Assembly: GCA_963667015.2 (NCBI GenBank)
Contig: CAXXJJ010000001.1
Span: 288,001 to 352,000, forward strand
Length of the DNA stretch: 64,000 bases
Direction: 5' to 3'
Source of the DNA: Desulfatiglandales bacterium
Lineage (GTDB): Bacteria > Desulfobacterota > DSM-4660 > Desulfatiglandales > HGW-15
Below the pieces are notes generated by a model. It was not told the origin of the DNA, did not search any database, and was given only the letters and a program-made list of their open reading frames with translations. Both the position numbers and the translations under genes were made by a program. Below, piece after piece: positions 49,274 to 58,285 of the stretch (positions are counted from its first letter, which is position 1; each line of letters opens with the position of its first letter).

Positions 49274-49636
49274 CTAGCCTTTGATTAGCCGGGTCAAAAT
49301 AAAACCACATCTCACGCACAGTTCTTTTTTCGGCTGCCTGTGTCCGCACTGAGGACATTGTGTAAAGCTAGACATTCCGGGTATTACGCCTGTCTCAGTT
49401 TTTTTATCGGCCGTGAAATCGTATGTTCTGATAGTAACATTCCCTCCGGCACGGGTGATTGCCATGGCATATTTTTTAATATACTCAATAGATTCTGCCT
49501 CTTTTAAAACAACAGGCGCCTTTTTAAGTATTTTGTCCGCCTTTTCCGGTGACACTCCCAGTCTGGATATCCGGGTCTTAAAATATTCTTCAGTCTGGAG
49601 CAGACCTGTGAAGACAACCCTGTACTTTTTATTCAT
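49274..49636 (-). CDS. Hypothetical protein with C-terminal zinc ribbon
   Basis: CPQCGHRQ...CVRCG. Confidence 0.75.
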   Translation of the reverse strand: MNKKYRVVFTGLLQTEEYFKTRISRLGVSPEKADKILKKAPVVLKEAESIEYIKKYAMAITRAGGNVTIRTYDFTADKKTETGVIPGMSSFTQCPQCGHRQPKKELCVRCGFILTRLIKG

Positions 49637-49812
49637 TTGTCACCCGTTTCTGTGGGGCCTGCAGGAGAGAGAGCAGGTCACATGCTACTGAACAGAAAGC
49701 GCGAGTTATAGAATGGAGTTTGCGAAGAACAGTTCTACAGGTATCTTGCATAACCAGGGGGTGCTGAAAGTTCAGTATGTTCATTGTCTGTAACAGTTAT
49801 AATGATGGAGCT

Positions 49813-51396
49813 CTATTTACCCAGACAAGCCTTGATAAAGCCATAAAACAACGGCGCAGGTGTTTCCATTCTGGATTTCAATTCGGGATGTGCCTGGGTT
49901 GCAACAAAAAACTTGTGATTCGGGAGTTCGATAAATTCCACCAGTCTTCCGTCCTGGGAAGATCCTGAGAAGACCATACCTTTTTCTTTCAGTATGCTAT
50001 GGTACTCAGGGTTCACCTCATACCTGTGCCTATGTCTCTCCGATGCCTCATCTTTGCCATATAAAGACCTTGTAAGGGAGCCTTCCTTCAGGACGGCCCT
50101 GTAAGCCCCAAGCCTCATTGTCCCTCCTTTTTCGGTGATTGTTTTCTGTTCCGGCAGTATGTCTATGACCGGATGAGGGGTATCTGGATCCATCTCTGTA
50201 GAATTGGCATTTTCGAGTCCGCAGACATTTCTTGAAAATTCAATAACCGCCATATGAAGTCCGAGGCACAGTCCAAGGAAAGGAATATTTTTTTCTCTGG
50301 CAATTCTGATTGCCTCTATTTTCCCTTCTGCGCCCCTTGATCCGAAACCGCCCGGGACAACAATACCATCGACCTCCTTCATAAAGGATGTATCTACAAG
50401 GTCTGTTGTTTCAATCCATTTAAGGTTTATTTTGCATTCAAGGTGGGCCGAACAGTGGTTAAAAGATTCGATAATCGAGGCATATGAATCTTCCAGTTTT
50501 GTGTATTTACCGCACATGGCCACGGTGATTTCTTTTTTTGGGGCCTTCAGGTTGTTAACGAGCTGCTTCCATTTCCTGAGGTCCGGAGGGCTGTAAATGT
50601 TCAGTTTTTTGTGAAGAATTCCCGGAAGACCTTCTTCCTCAAAAACAATGGGTATCTCATAGATGTCATCTACATCAAGCCCGGTAATAACCGCTTCAGG
50701 ATCAACATCGCAGAAGTTCGAGATCTTTGTTTTTACCTCTTTTGTCAGGTATTCGGGACCGCGGCCTATAATAATATCAGGAAAGATGCCCCTCTGTTTA
50801 AGAAGATTGACACTCTGCTGTGTCGGCTTTGATTTCTGTTCGTTTACACCATAGGGAACAGGAACATAGGTGAGGTGAACATAAGCAATATTCTCCCTGC
50901 CCACATCTTCCTTCATCTGCCTCATAGCTTCAAGAAACAGTTCGTTTTCAATGTCACCAACCGTGCCTCCGATCTCAACGATCACAAGGTCCGCAGATTC
51001 ATCCCTGGCTACTTTAAATATATGATTCTTTATTACATCTGTGACGTGCGGGATGTACTGGACAGTTTTACCAAGGTAATCGCCCTTTCTTTCTTTCTTC
51101 CTCACTATGTCAAACACTTTTCCCATGGTGAGGTTCCAGGTCGATTTGCAGGTGGCGCCGAGGAATCTTTCATAATGGCCGAAGTCCATATCGACCTCAC
51201 CGCCATCATCAAGCACAAAGACTTCTCCATGCTCGTAGGGATTCATTGTCCCGGGATCCACATTAAGATACCCGTCACATTTTACGGGTATTATTTTTAA
51301 TCTTGTTGATAGAAGGTGACCTATTGATGCAGCAGCAATGCCTTTCCCCAGGCCCGATAAAACTCCACCTGTAACGATAATAAATTTGGTAGCCAT
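49813..51396 (-). CDS. pyrG: CTP synthase
   Basis: TGGVLSGLGKG, NVDPGTM, GGTVGDIE, KPTQ, LGLCLG, ERHRHRYE and QAHPE motifs. Confidence 0.97.
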   Translation of the reverse strand: MATKFIIVTGGVLSGLGKGIAAASIGHLLSTRLKIIPVKCDGYLNVDPGTMNPYEHGEVFVLDDGGEVDMDFGHYERFLGATCKSTWNLTMGKVFDIVRKKERKGDYLGKTVQYIPHVTDVIKNHIFKVARDESADLVIVEIGGTVGDIENELFLEAMRQMKEDVGRENIAYVHLTYVPVPYGVNEQKSKPTQQSVNLLKQRGIFPDIIIGRGPEYLTKEVKTKISNFCDVDPEAVITGLDVDDIYEIPIVFEEEGLPGILHKKLNIYSPPDLRKWKQLVNNLKAPKKEITVAMCGKYTKLEDSYASIIESFNHCSAHLECKINLKWIETTDLVDTSFMKEVDGIVVPGGFGSRGAEGKIEAIRIAREKNIPFLGLCLGLHMAVIEFSRNVCGLENANSTEMDPDTPHPVIDILPEQKTITEKGGTMRLGAYRAVLKEGSLTRSLYGKDEASERHRHRYEVNPEYHSILKEKGMVFSGSSQDGRLVEFIELPNHKFFVATQAHPELKSRMETPAPLFYGFIKACLGK

Positions 51397-51695
51397 ATTT
51401 TCCGAATTACTTATATTTATTTTTGGAGATCTTCATTAAAATTAAGACAAAAAGTAACTATCCGCATTATCTTTTTTAGTCAAGTCAAAAAGAAAAATAA
51501 CGTGAACAAACACTTTGTTGAATTGTCTAAAACAGATATATCCATTTGAAATTCATATGAAAAAAATATTTACTATTGTTGAAAATACAATATGTATTAT
51601 ATTATTTTATATAGATACAAGATGTTGTTGTTTTTTGTTGACATAAAAGCAAACTAAAAATATGATTTCCGGAATTCTAAAGAGGAAAAAAGATA

Positions 51696-52073
51696 ATGTT
51701 ACGCAAAAAAGTTCTCATCGTTGATGATGAAAAAAGCCTGTCCGAACTTATCATGGAATCATTAAATATGGTGGGTGGTTTCGAGGTGGAAAGGGCCTTC
51801 AACGGCAAGGAGGCGGTCGAGAAATACAGGGTCTTCGCGCCTGATATTGTTGTTATGGACGTTGAAATGCCTGTAATGGACGGTTATGAATCATCCTCCC
51901 GAATAAAGTCAATGGACCCTGATGCCAGGATTCTTGTCCTCACTGGTAATCCGGGTGATATCCGTGCAAAGAAGACCATAAATGAAGGCCTGGCCCTGAG
52001 ACTCCTGAAAAAACCTGTTAGATTAATGGATCTTAACCGTACAATAAATGACAACCTCGCCGCCTGTGCCTGA
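51696..52073 (+). CDS. Single-domain response regulator (receiver)
   Basis: VLIVDDE, VMDVEMPVMDG, LTG and KP motifs. Confidence 0.93.
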   Translation: MLRKKVLIVDDEKSLSELIMESLNMVGGFEVERAFNGKEAVEKYRVFAPDIVVMDVEMPVMDGYESSSRIKSMDPDARILVLTGNPGDIRAKKTINEGLALRLLKKPVRLMDLNRTINDNLAACA

Positions 52074-52152
52074 TCTATTAACGCGCAGTCTTACGATCAA
52101 TCAAGATTTTACTTTCAATATATAGTCAAATAATATATCCATTCATATTGTT

Positions 52153-53475
52153 ATGAGTTCGATAATAGCCATAGTTGGACGTCCTAATGTAGGCAAGTCC
52201 ACACTCTTCAACCGTCTTTCAAGGTCAAGGGGCTCCCTTGTGGACGATCAGCCGGGTATTACCAGGGACCGCATCTATGCCAATGTTAACTGGGAAGGTA
52301 AAACATTTGTGCTTGTTGACACCGGCGGCTTTGATGAACAGGATCAGGGACCTTTTTCAGGTCAGATAAAACAGCAGGTATTAAATGCAGTGGATGAGGC
52401 TGACCAGATTATTTTCATGATGGACGGGCGCAAGGGACTTTTGCCTGCTGACGAAGAGGTGGCGTCCATACTCAGGCCTTATGATAAAAAGATATATACA
52501 GTTGTAAACAAGATCGATGGCCCGGAAAAGGAAGATCTGCTCTATGAGTTTTACAAGCTGGGTGTAGGCACTATTTATCCCCTTTCATCTGCTCATGGTT
52601 ACGGCTTAAAAGGGCTTATGACCGATATTGCAGAGTCCGTAACAGGGGAGTCTTCTGTGCCGGACAGCCCGGACCAGATCAGGGTAGCCGTCCTCGGAAG
52701 GCCAAATGCAGGAAAGTCTTCCCTTGTAAACAAGATTCTTGGTCTTGACAGGCTTCTTGTGAGTGAACTTCCCGGCACGACAAGAGACTCAATCGACATC
52801 CGGTTTATCCGTAATAACCAGGAGTACCTTTTTATAGATACTGCGGGGATAAGAAGAAAGAGCAAGGTAAAGGATAAGATTGATAAATTTTCAATGATAA
52901 AGGCAATCCGCACCATCGAACGCTGTCATATAGCTATTATCATGATTGATGCAGATGCAGGCATATCAGAACAGGATGCCAGAATCTGCGGATACGCCCT
53001 TGAACGTATGAGGGGTGTTATCCTTGCTGTCAACAAATGGGACCTGGTCAAGGGGGATACCGAACGAATTAAGAAACTTGACCTTGCTTTAGAACGACAG
53101 CTGAATTTTGTTTCCTATGCACCCCGAATAAATATATCTGCGCTTACAGGCGAGCGGGTAGTTAAGATATTCAATAAGATCAATACTGTGTTTGAGCAGT
53201 TCGATATGCGGATCAACACAGGGGCGGTGAACAAGTTGATTGAGGAGATGATTTTAAAAAGACCTCCCCCTCTTGTTGGCCGAACCCGATTGAAATTTTA
53301 TTATGCTACCCAGACAGGTACCAGGCCGCCGACCTTTGTGGTTTTTGTTAACCGTCCAAAGGCGGTTCATTTTTCATACGAAAGGTTTATTGTTAACCAG
53401 ATAAGGGAAAAATTCGGACTGGATAATATTCCTGTAAGGGTGGTTTTCAGGGAAAGAAAGAGAAATCAAAAGTAG
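52153..53475 (+). CDS. der: Ribosome biogenesis GTPase Der (EngA)
   Basis: Two GTPase domains (GRPNVGKS, GRPNAGKS) and a KH-like C-terminus. Confidence 0.97.
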   Translation: MSSIIAIVGRPNVGKSTLFNRLSRSRGSLVDDQPGITRDRIYANVNWEGKTFVLVDTGGFDEQDQGPFSGQIKQQVLNAVDEADQIIFMMDGRKGLLPADEEVASILRPYDKKIYTVVNKIDGPEKEDLLYEFYKLGVGTIYPLSSAHGYGLKGLMTDIAESVTGESSVPDSPDQIRVAVLGRPNAGKSSLVNKILGLDRLLVSELPGTTRDSIDIRFIRNNQEYLFIDTAGIRRKSKVKDKIDKFSMIKAIRTIERCHIAIIMIDADAGISEQDARICGYALERMRGVILAVNKWDLVKGDTERIKKLDLALERQLNFVSYAPRINISALTGERVVKIFNKINTVFEQFDMRINTGAVNKLIEEMILKRPPPLVGRTRLKFYYATQTGTRPPTFVVFVNRPKAVHFSYERFIVNQIREKFGLDNIPVRVVFRERKRNQK

Positions 53476-54203
53476 GTTTTACCTTTAAAAATCATCTCAA
53501 CGCGCCTGTTTTGATCCCTCCCCGAGGGGCTGTCATTGCCTGCAATCGGGTGTTTTTCTCCGTATCCGCCAAGGGCAATAAAATCCGAGCCGACCCCCCC
53601 TTCTTCAATAAGATAATGCATGACGTTGTATGCCCTGGTTAGAGACAGGCTTGTGTTTGAAGGGAATTCCCTGCTGTTGATAGGTATGTTATCGGTGTGA
53701 CCGTCAACATATACCTGGAATGAAGAAGACTTGATGAATTTTGCAACCTGGTCAAGAATCGGCTTCATCTCTTCCTTTATTTCCGCCCTGCCGGATTCAA
53801 ACATGAGTTTGTGACCGAATGTGAGCTTAAATCCTCCCTCCACCTCCTGCATTACGATCTGGCCGCCGGTCTCCTGCAGGAAATTCTCATCAGATTCAGA
53901 AGGTATCTCTACCGGATCATCCGAACGCTTGATAACAAGAGATTCCTTTAGCTGCTGGTATATCCCGTCTATCATTACGTCTTTTGGCCGATAGACCTCT
54001 CCAAGTTCCTTAAAATTTAGGATGCCGCAGGAGGCGGTGAAGTTTGTGAAAAGACTTTTAAGTGACTTGTCATCCATGGAAGACATGGACAGGAGAAGAA
54101 CAAAAAATGTCAGGAGAAGGGTGGCCAGATCCGAAAAGGTAACCATCCAGCTTGGGACTTCTCCAATTTTTTCTTCTACTGTTATAACTTTATCTTTTGA
54201 CAT
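53466..54203 (-). CDS. motB: MotB/OmpA-family stator-like protein
   Basis: WMVTFSDLATLLLTFF, DGHTD and NRRVE motifs. Confidence 0.85.
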   Translation of the reverse strand: MSKDKVITVEEKIGEVPSWMVTFSDLATLLLTFFVLLLSMSSMDDKSLKSLFTNFTASCGILNFKELGEVYRPKDVMIDGIYQQLKESLVIKRSDDPVEIPSESDENFLQETGGQIVMQEVEGGFKLTFGHKLMFESGRAEIKEEMKPILDQVAKFIKSSSFQVYVDGHTDNIPINSREFPSNTSLSLTRAYNVMHYLIEEGGVGSDFIALGGYGEKHPIAGNDSPSGRDQNRRVEMIFKGKTYF

Positions 54204-54975
54204 CAATATCCCGTGATGTTCTGAAAAAGAACCCCTTAAAATCCAGAAAGCTGTCTTTTGCAGTTTTCTTCCGCATACTGTAGGGAATCCTTTCCCGGTT
54301 ATCCAGTATAATTTCAACCTGCCGGTTCAGAGCCGGTTCCTTTGATTTCCCCGGATAATTAAGCCCGAATCCATGGGCTACAATTGTCTCGGGAGGCAAA
54401 CCCTTTTCCACAAAAAAATCAAACATGGCTATTGCCCGTTTTGATGATAAAATCATTGATGATTTATATGGATCGTCTTTCAGAATGGATTCGGAAGAGT
54501 CGCTGTACCCGCGCAATTCAATCAGTTGATCTCCTTCCTTGAGAATCTCTGCAATTTCTGAAAGAAAGTCTGAATTTTCTTCTGCCAGTACTGATGAGTT
54601 ATGCTTAAAAAGGACCTTGTTTTTCAGTACTATCACTGTCCGTTCAAGCTGATTTTTTATAGTCAATTGCGATTCCAGGCCATGCTTGAGTGCCACATTA
54701 CGCAGTCGTTCGAACTGGATATCTTCTTCAACAAGGGGCGGGGAATTGGTGGTGATGTTTACCCCGGTCCGTTTCCCAAGGATTGACTGCCCTCCCGGTT
54801 TAAATCCGAAAGCACCCACAAGAGAGTTGAGGGCAAGACGTTTTTTCTTTTTATCAATAGTTGAAAGGCTGAGTAAAAGCACAAAAAAGGTAAGCAGCAG
54901 GGTCATAAGGTCCGTGTAGGTCGACATCCATGCATTAGTATCGAGAGAATAGTTAATTTTCTTTTTTGCGGCCAT
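54190..54975 (-). CDS. Second MotB-like protein with degenerate OmpA motif
   Basis: WMSTYTDLMTLLLTFF, RGYSD and NRQVEI motifs. Confidence 0.82.
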   Translation of the reverse strand: MAAKKKINYSLDTNAWMSTYTDLMTLLLTFFVLLLSLSTIDKKKKRLALNSLVGAFGFKPGGQSILGKRTGVNITTNSPPLVEEDIQFERLRNVALKHGLESQLTIKNQLERTVIVLKNKVLFKHNSSVLAEENSDFLSEIAEILKEGDQLIELRGYSDSSESILKDDPYKSSMILSSKRAIAMFDFFVEKGLPPETIVAHGFGLNYPGKSKEPALNRQVEIILDNRERIPYSMRKKTAKDSFLDFKGFFFRTSRDIDVKR

Positions 54976-55198
54976 ATGGGTTTCCAATAAAAAACGTCAA
55001 ATATTTGTCAATATTCTTTTGCTTTATGGAGGATACACTGCCGGTGCCCTCTTTTTTAAAGAATGCCATGGGTGAAGAAGCTATTTAACTAATGTTATTT
55101 TTTCCTGTTTCAGCTCAATTAACAATTTTTAACTAAGTGATAGAGCGGTTGTCTCTCTAACCCTTCCTGTTGCATCCTTATTTTCAATTATTGAATAG

Positions 55199-55214
55199 AG
55201 CAAATCCTGTGCCA
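55199..55214 (-). promoter_or_regulatory. Consensus sigma54 promoter upstream of the motB pair
   Basis: Minus strand TGGCAC-AGGAT-TTGCT. Confidence 0.8.
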
Positions 55215-55530
55215 TTGTATTTCACTCTTGCTGCGAAATACAAATTCAATATTCCATATTCAAAATTCAAGATTGGAAAGACAGGCTGTTAGGCTGCAGG
55301 TTGATGGTTGTCAGGAAAAGCGGAAGGCAATTCAGGTAAATTGAAGTTAGAGACATGTTTATCTGAACAATGGAGTTTTTGCTTATTCTCTCCTCCTTGT
55401 GAGAAGGGACCGAAAGTGTGGATTAGATTGACTTTTATCAGGAATCCTGAAATTCTCCTCATAAAAAAACAGGGAATATCCATGAAAATAAATATCAGTA
55501 TAGGTCATCTTTCTGTCAGGGCTGAGCTTA

Positions 55531-56487
55531 ATGATATACCATAAAATAAAAGCCAGATACCGCGACTACAACAGTTATCTGAAGGAAAAATTCGGCCAGA
55601 GGGTTCAAAAGATATCCCTTGACGCAGGGCTCGGGTGCCCGAACAGGGATGGCGGTATATCAGGCAGGGGCTGTATCTACTGTGACCATAAGGGATCGGG
55701 AACCGGTGCGAAGACCCTTCATGACATATCTATCGGGGAGCAGCTTTCAAAGGGCATAGAGTGGGCAAAAAGGAGATACGGGGCAGAAAAATATATTGCT
55801 TATTTTCAGTCATACTCCAATACCTATGCCCCTGTGGAGATATTAAAGGAACTGTATGACCAGGCCCTGTCATATGAGGGAATGGTCGGTCTTTCTATCG
55901 GCACAAGACCTGACTGCATTGACCGTGAAAAGCTGGATCTCATAAATTCTTATACTGAAAAATATCTGGTATGGATTGAATACGGGCTTCAGTCTTCACA
56001 TGATACAACCCTTACAGCCATTAACAGGGGGCATGATGTAAAGGCATTTGTTGATGCGGTTAACATGACAGCGAAATATGGCATAGATGTCTGTGCCCAT
56101 GTCATCCTCGGCCTTCCAGGCGAGACAGGGGATATGATGATGGAGACTGCGAAGTTTCTTGCAGATCAGCCCATAAAGGGCGTCAAGATTCATTCCCTGT
56201 ATGTGAGCAGGGGGACTCAACTGACAAAGATGTATCTTGATGGTGAATTTCCATGCATGGAAAGGGATGAATATATTGAGACCCTTATTGATTTTCTTGA
56301 ACTGCTTTCCCCTGAATTTATCATTCAACGGGTAACGGGCGACCCGAACAGGGAAGAACTTGTTGCCCCGGCATGGACACTTGAAAAAACAAATAATCTC
56401 AATCTTTTTAAAAAGAGACTAGAAGAAAGAGATACATGGCAGGGGAAGAAATGCAGAAGTCAGAAAGCATTTTTCACTGACCTCTGA
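55531..56487 (+). CDS. TIGR01212/YhcC-family radical SAM protein
   Basis: CPNRDG...GCIYC, YFQSYSNTYA, GTRPDC and HVILGLPGE motifs. Confidence 0.93.
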   Translation: MIYHKIKARYRDYNSYLKEKFGQRVQKISLDAGLGCPNRDGGISGRGCIYCDHKGSGTGAKTLHDISIGEQLSKGIEWAKRRYGAEKYIAYFQSYSNTYAPVEILKELYDQALSYEGMVGLSIGTRPDCIDREKLDLINSYTEKYLVWIEYGLQSSHDTTLTAINRGHDVKAFVDAVNMTAKYGIDVCAHVILGLPGETGDMMMETAKFLADQPIKGVKIHSLYVSRGTQLTKMYLDGEFPCMERDEYIETLIDFLELLSPEFIIQRVTGDPNREELVAPAWTLEKTNNLNLFKKRLEERDTWQGKKCRSQKAFFTDL

Positions 56488-57526
56488 TCTCTGATTTCTG
56501 CCCTCTGTATTTCCCGCTCAACTGCCCGCATGCTGCCAGTATATCCTGCCCCTTGCTTTTCCTTATTATTACCGTGTACTGTTTATCCGCCAGTATATCC
56601 TGGAACCTGATTATATCGTCCCAAGAGGGCGCCATCATCTCAGGATCAGGGCCAGGGTTAAGGGGTATCAGGTTTATCTTTGCCCTTACCCCCCTAAGCA
56701 GTTTTGCCACCATGAGAGCATCTTCATCCCGGTCGTTTACACCCTTTATGAGAATATATTCAAAGGTTATCATCCTGCGGTTCGGAAGGGGAAATTCTTT
56801 ACACGCATCGATGAGGCTTTTCAGGTTATATGTTTTGTTTACAGGCATGATACGGTTTCTGGTTTCATCATCCCCTGCATTAAGGGACACCGCAAGGTTT
56901 ACAGGTGAGTCTTTGCCCAACCTTCTTATAAATGGAACCAGACCGGATGTTGAAAGGGTTATCTTCCTGCGTGAAAAATTGAGGGCATTATCGTCAATCA
57001 TGTTGTTCATTGCCGTTATAACAGCATCATAGTTCGCAAGAGGTTCCCCCATTCCCATGAGCACAATATTTGTAAGCTTATCGGGATCAGCCATGGATTT
57101 CCTGGTCTCAATAACCTGTTCGCAGATTTCAGCAGGGGTAAGATTCCTCTTGAGTCCCTGGCGCGCGGTGTGGCAAAAGGCACATCCCATTGCACATCCT
57201 GCCTGGGACGATATACACAATGTAAAATGATCCTTTTCCGGTATAAGAACAGACTCTATTAAATGGCCGTCATGAAGTTTAAACAGATATTTTTCAGTAG
57301 TGTCTTCGGAAACCTGGGTTTTAATCTTTTCTATACGGCTGATAAAGGCCTTTTCCTTCAGCAGTTCCCTGATGGAAATGGAAACATTGGTCATTTCATC
57401 AAAGGATGTTACCATTTTTTTAAAGAGCCATTGCCTTATCTGCCCGGCCCTGTAGGATTCGAGACCAAGCTCCTTTACCCAATCACCGGTTTCAGCCGAG
57501 GAAAGCGATTTTAAATCCGTCTTCAT
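56474..57526 (-). CDS. rlmN: 23S rRNA/tRNA methyltransferase RlmN
   Basis: CISSQAGCAMGCAFC, MGMGEPL and AACGQL motifs. Confidence 0.96.
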   Translation of the reverse strand: MKTDLKSLSSAETGDWVKELGLESYRAGQIRQWLFKKMVTSFDEMTNVSISIRELLKEKAFISRIEKIKTQVSEDTTEKYLFKLHDGHLIESVLIPEKDHFTLCISSQAGCAMGCAFCHTARQGLKRNLTPAEICEQVIETRKSMADPDKLTNIVLMGMGEPLANYDAVITAMNNMIDDNALNFSRRKITLSTSGLVPFIRRLGKDSPVNLAVSLNAGDDETRNRIMPVNKTYNLKSLIDACKEFPLPNRRMITFEYILIKGVNDRDEDALMVAKLLRGVRAKINLIPLNPGPDPEMMAPSWDDIIRFQDILADKQYTVIIRKSKGQDILAACGQLSGKYRGQKSEIRGQ

Positions 57527-57533
57527 TGTAAGT

Positions 57534-58193
57534 CTATCTGCCTTCCTTCATTGTCCTGAGTTTTGCCAGCTCCCAGACATAATCATAGAGGTGGAGCCCC
57601 TTGCTTGATGCAATTATCTCACCATCATCAACTCCGATACTTGAGGCCATATACTCCTTTAACAGCTGGATACCGCCAAGATTGGCCGGAAAACCGTTCC
57701 ACAGGTCCCATGACCTGAAATAGACAATAAAATGAAGCTTGTTATCCCTTACCCGGGTATCAATACCCCTGAGGCACGGCGGATCATTAAGGAAAATAGC
57801 GTCAGGTTCACCAACGGTCATGTAGGCCTGGTTTGTGCCGTGACCGTCTTCCCTGTACATGCGGATAACCTCGTCGATCTGTTTTTCAAGATACTGCCCG
57901 TATGTGTAATCCTCCCCTTCCTTTTTGGCTGAGGTCATAAGATAGGGAAGATATTCTTCTATGTATCCCTCTGCAACAGGATTTGGAATACCAAGTCCCG
58001 GGGGAATATCAGGGATCAGGGGCCTTACACCGGGATGTTTTATATGAACGGTTATGTAGTCATATTCAAGCCTTTTCTGGCCCTCAAAGCTGCCCCTGTC
58101 AATAACGTATTCTGATCCTGCCTCAAGTATCCTGTATACACACTGAAACCATGCATCAGGAAGGTCACGTGCCTCAATAGTCTCCAGTTTCAT
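57534..58193 (-). CDS. thyA: Thymidylate synthase, short archaeal-like type
   Basis: YTYG, PPCLR, FRSWDL...FPAN and GLHLY motifs. Confidence 0.85.
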   Translation of the reverse strand: MKLETIEARDLPDAWFQCVYRILEAGSEYVIDRGSFEGQKRLEYDYITVHIKHPGVRPLIPDIPPGLGIPNPVAEGYIEEYLPYLMTSAKKEGEDYTYGQYLEKQIDEVIRMYREDGHGTNQAYMTVGEPDAIFLNDPPCLRGIDTRVRDNKLHFIVYFRSWDLWNGFPANLGGIQLLKEYMASSIGVDDGEIIASSKGLHLYDYVWELAKLRTMKEGR

Positions 58194-58285
58194 AATATGC
58201 TCCTTATTTACCAGCCAAAGATATTTTCATATGAGTAAATTACCTATGAAGCCGTTTTTGTCAATAATAAGAGTTTTTTATTTTA

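Noticed and set aside
53466..54987. Zorya-type defence system from the MotB-like genes
   Set aside because: No ZorA-like long-tailed partner or effector genes; the TM motifs look like flagellar MotB.
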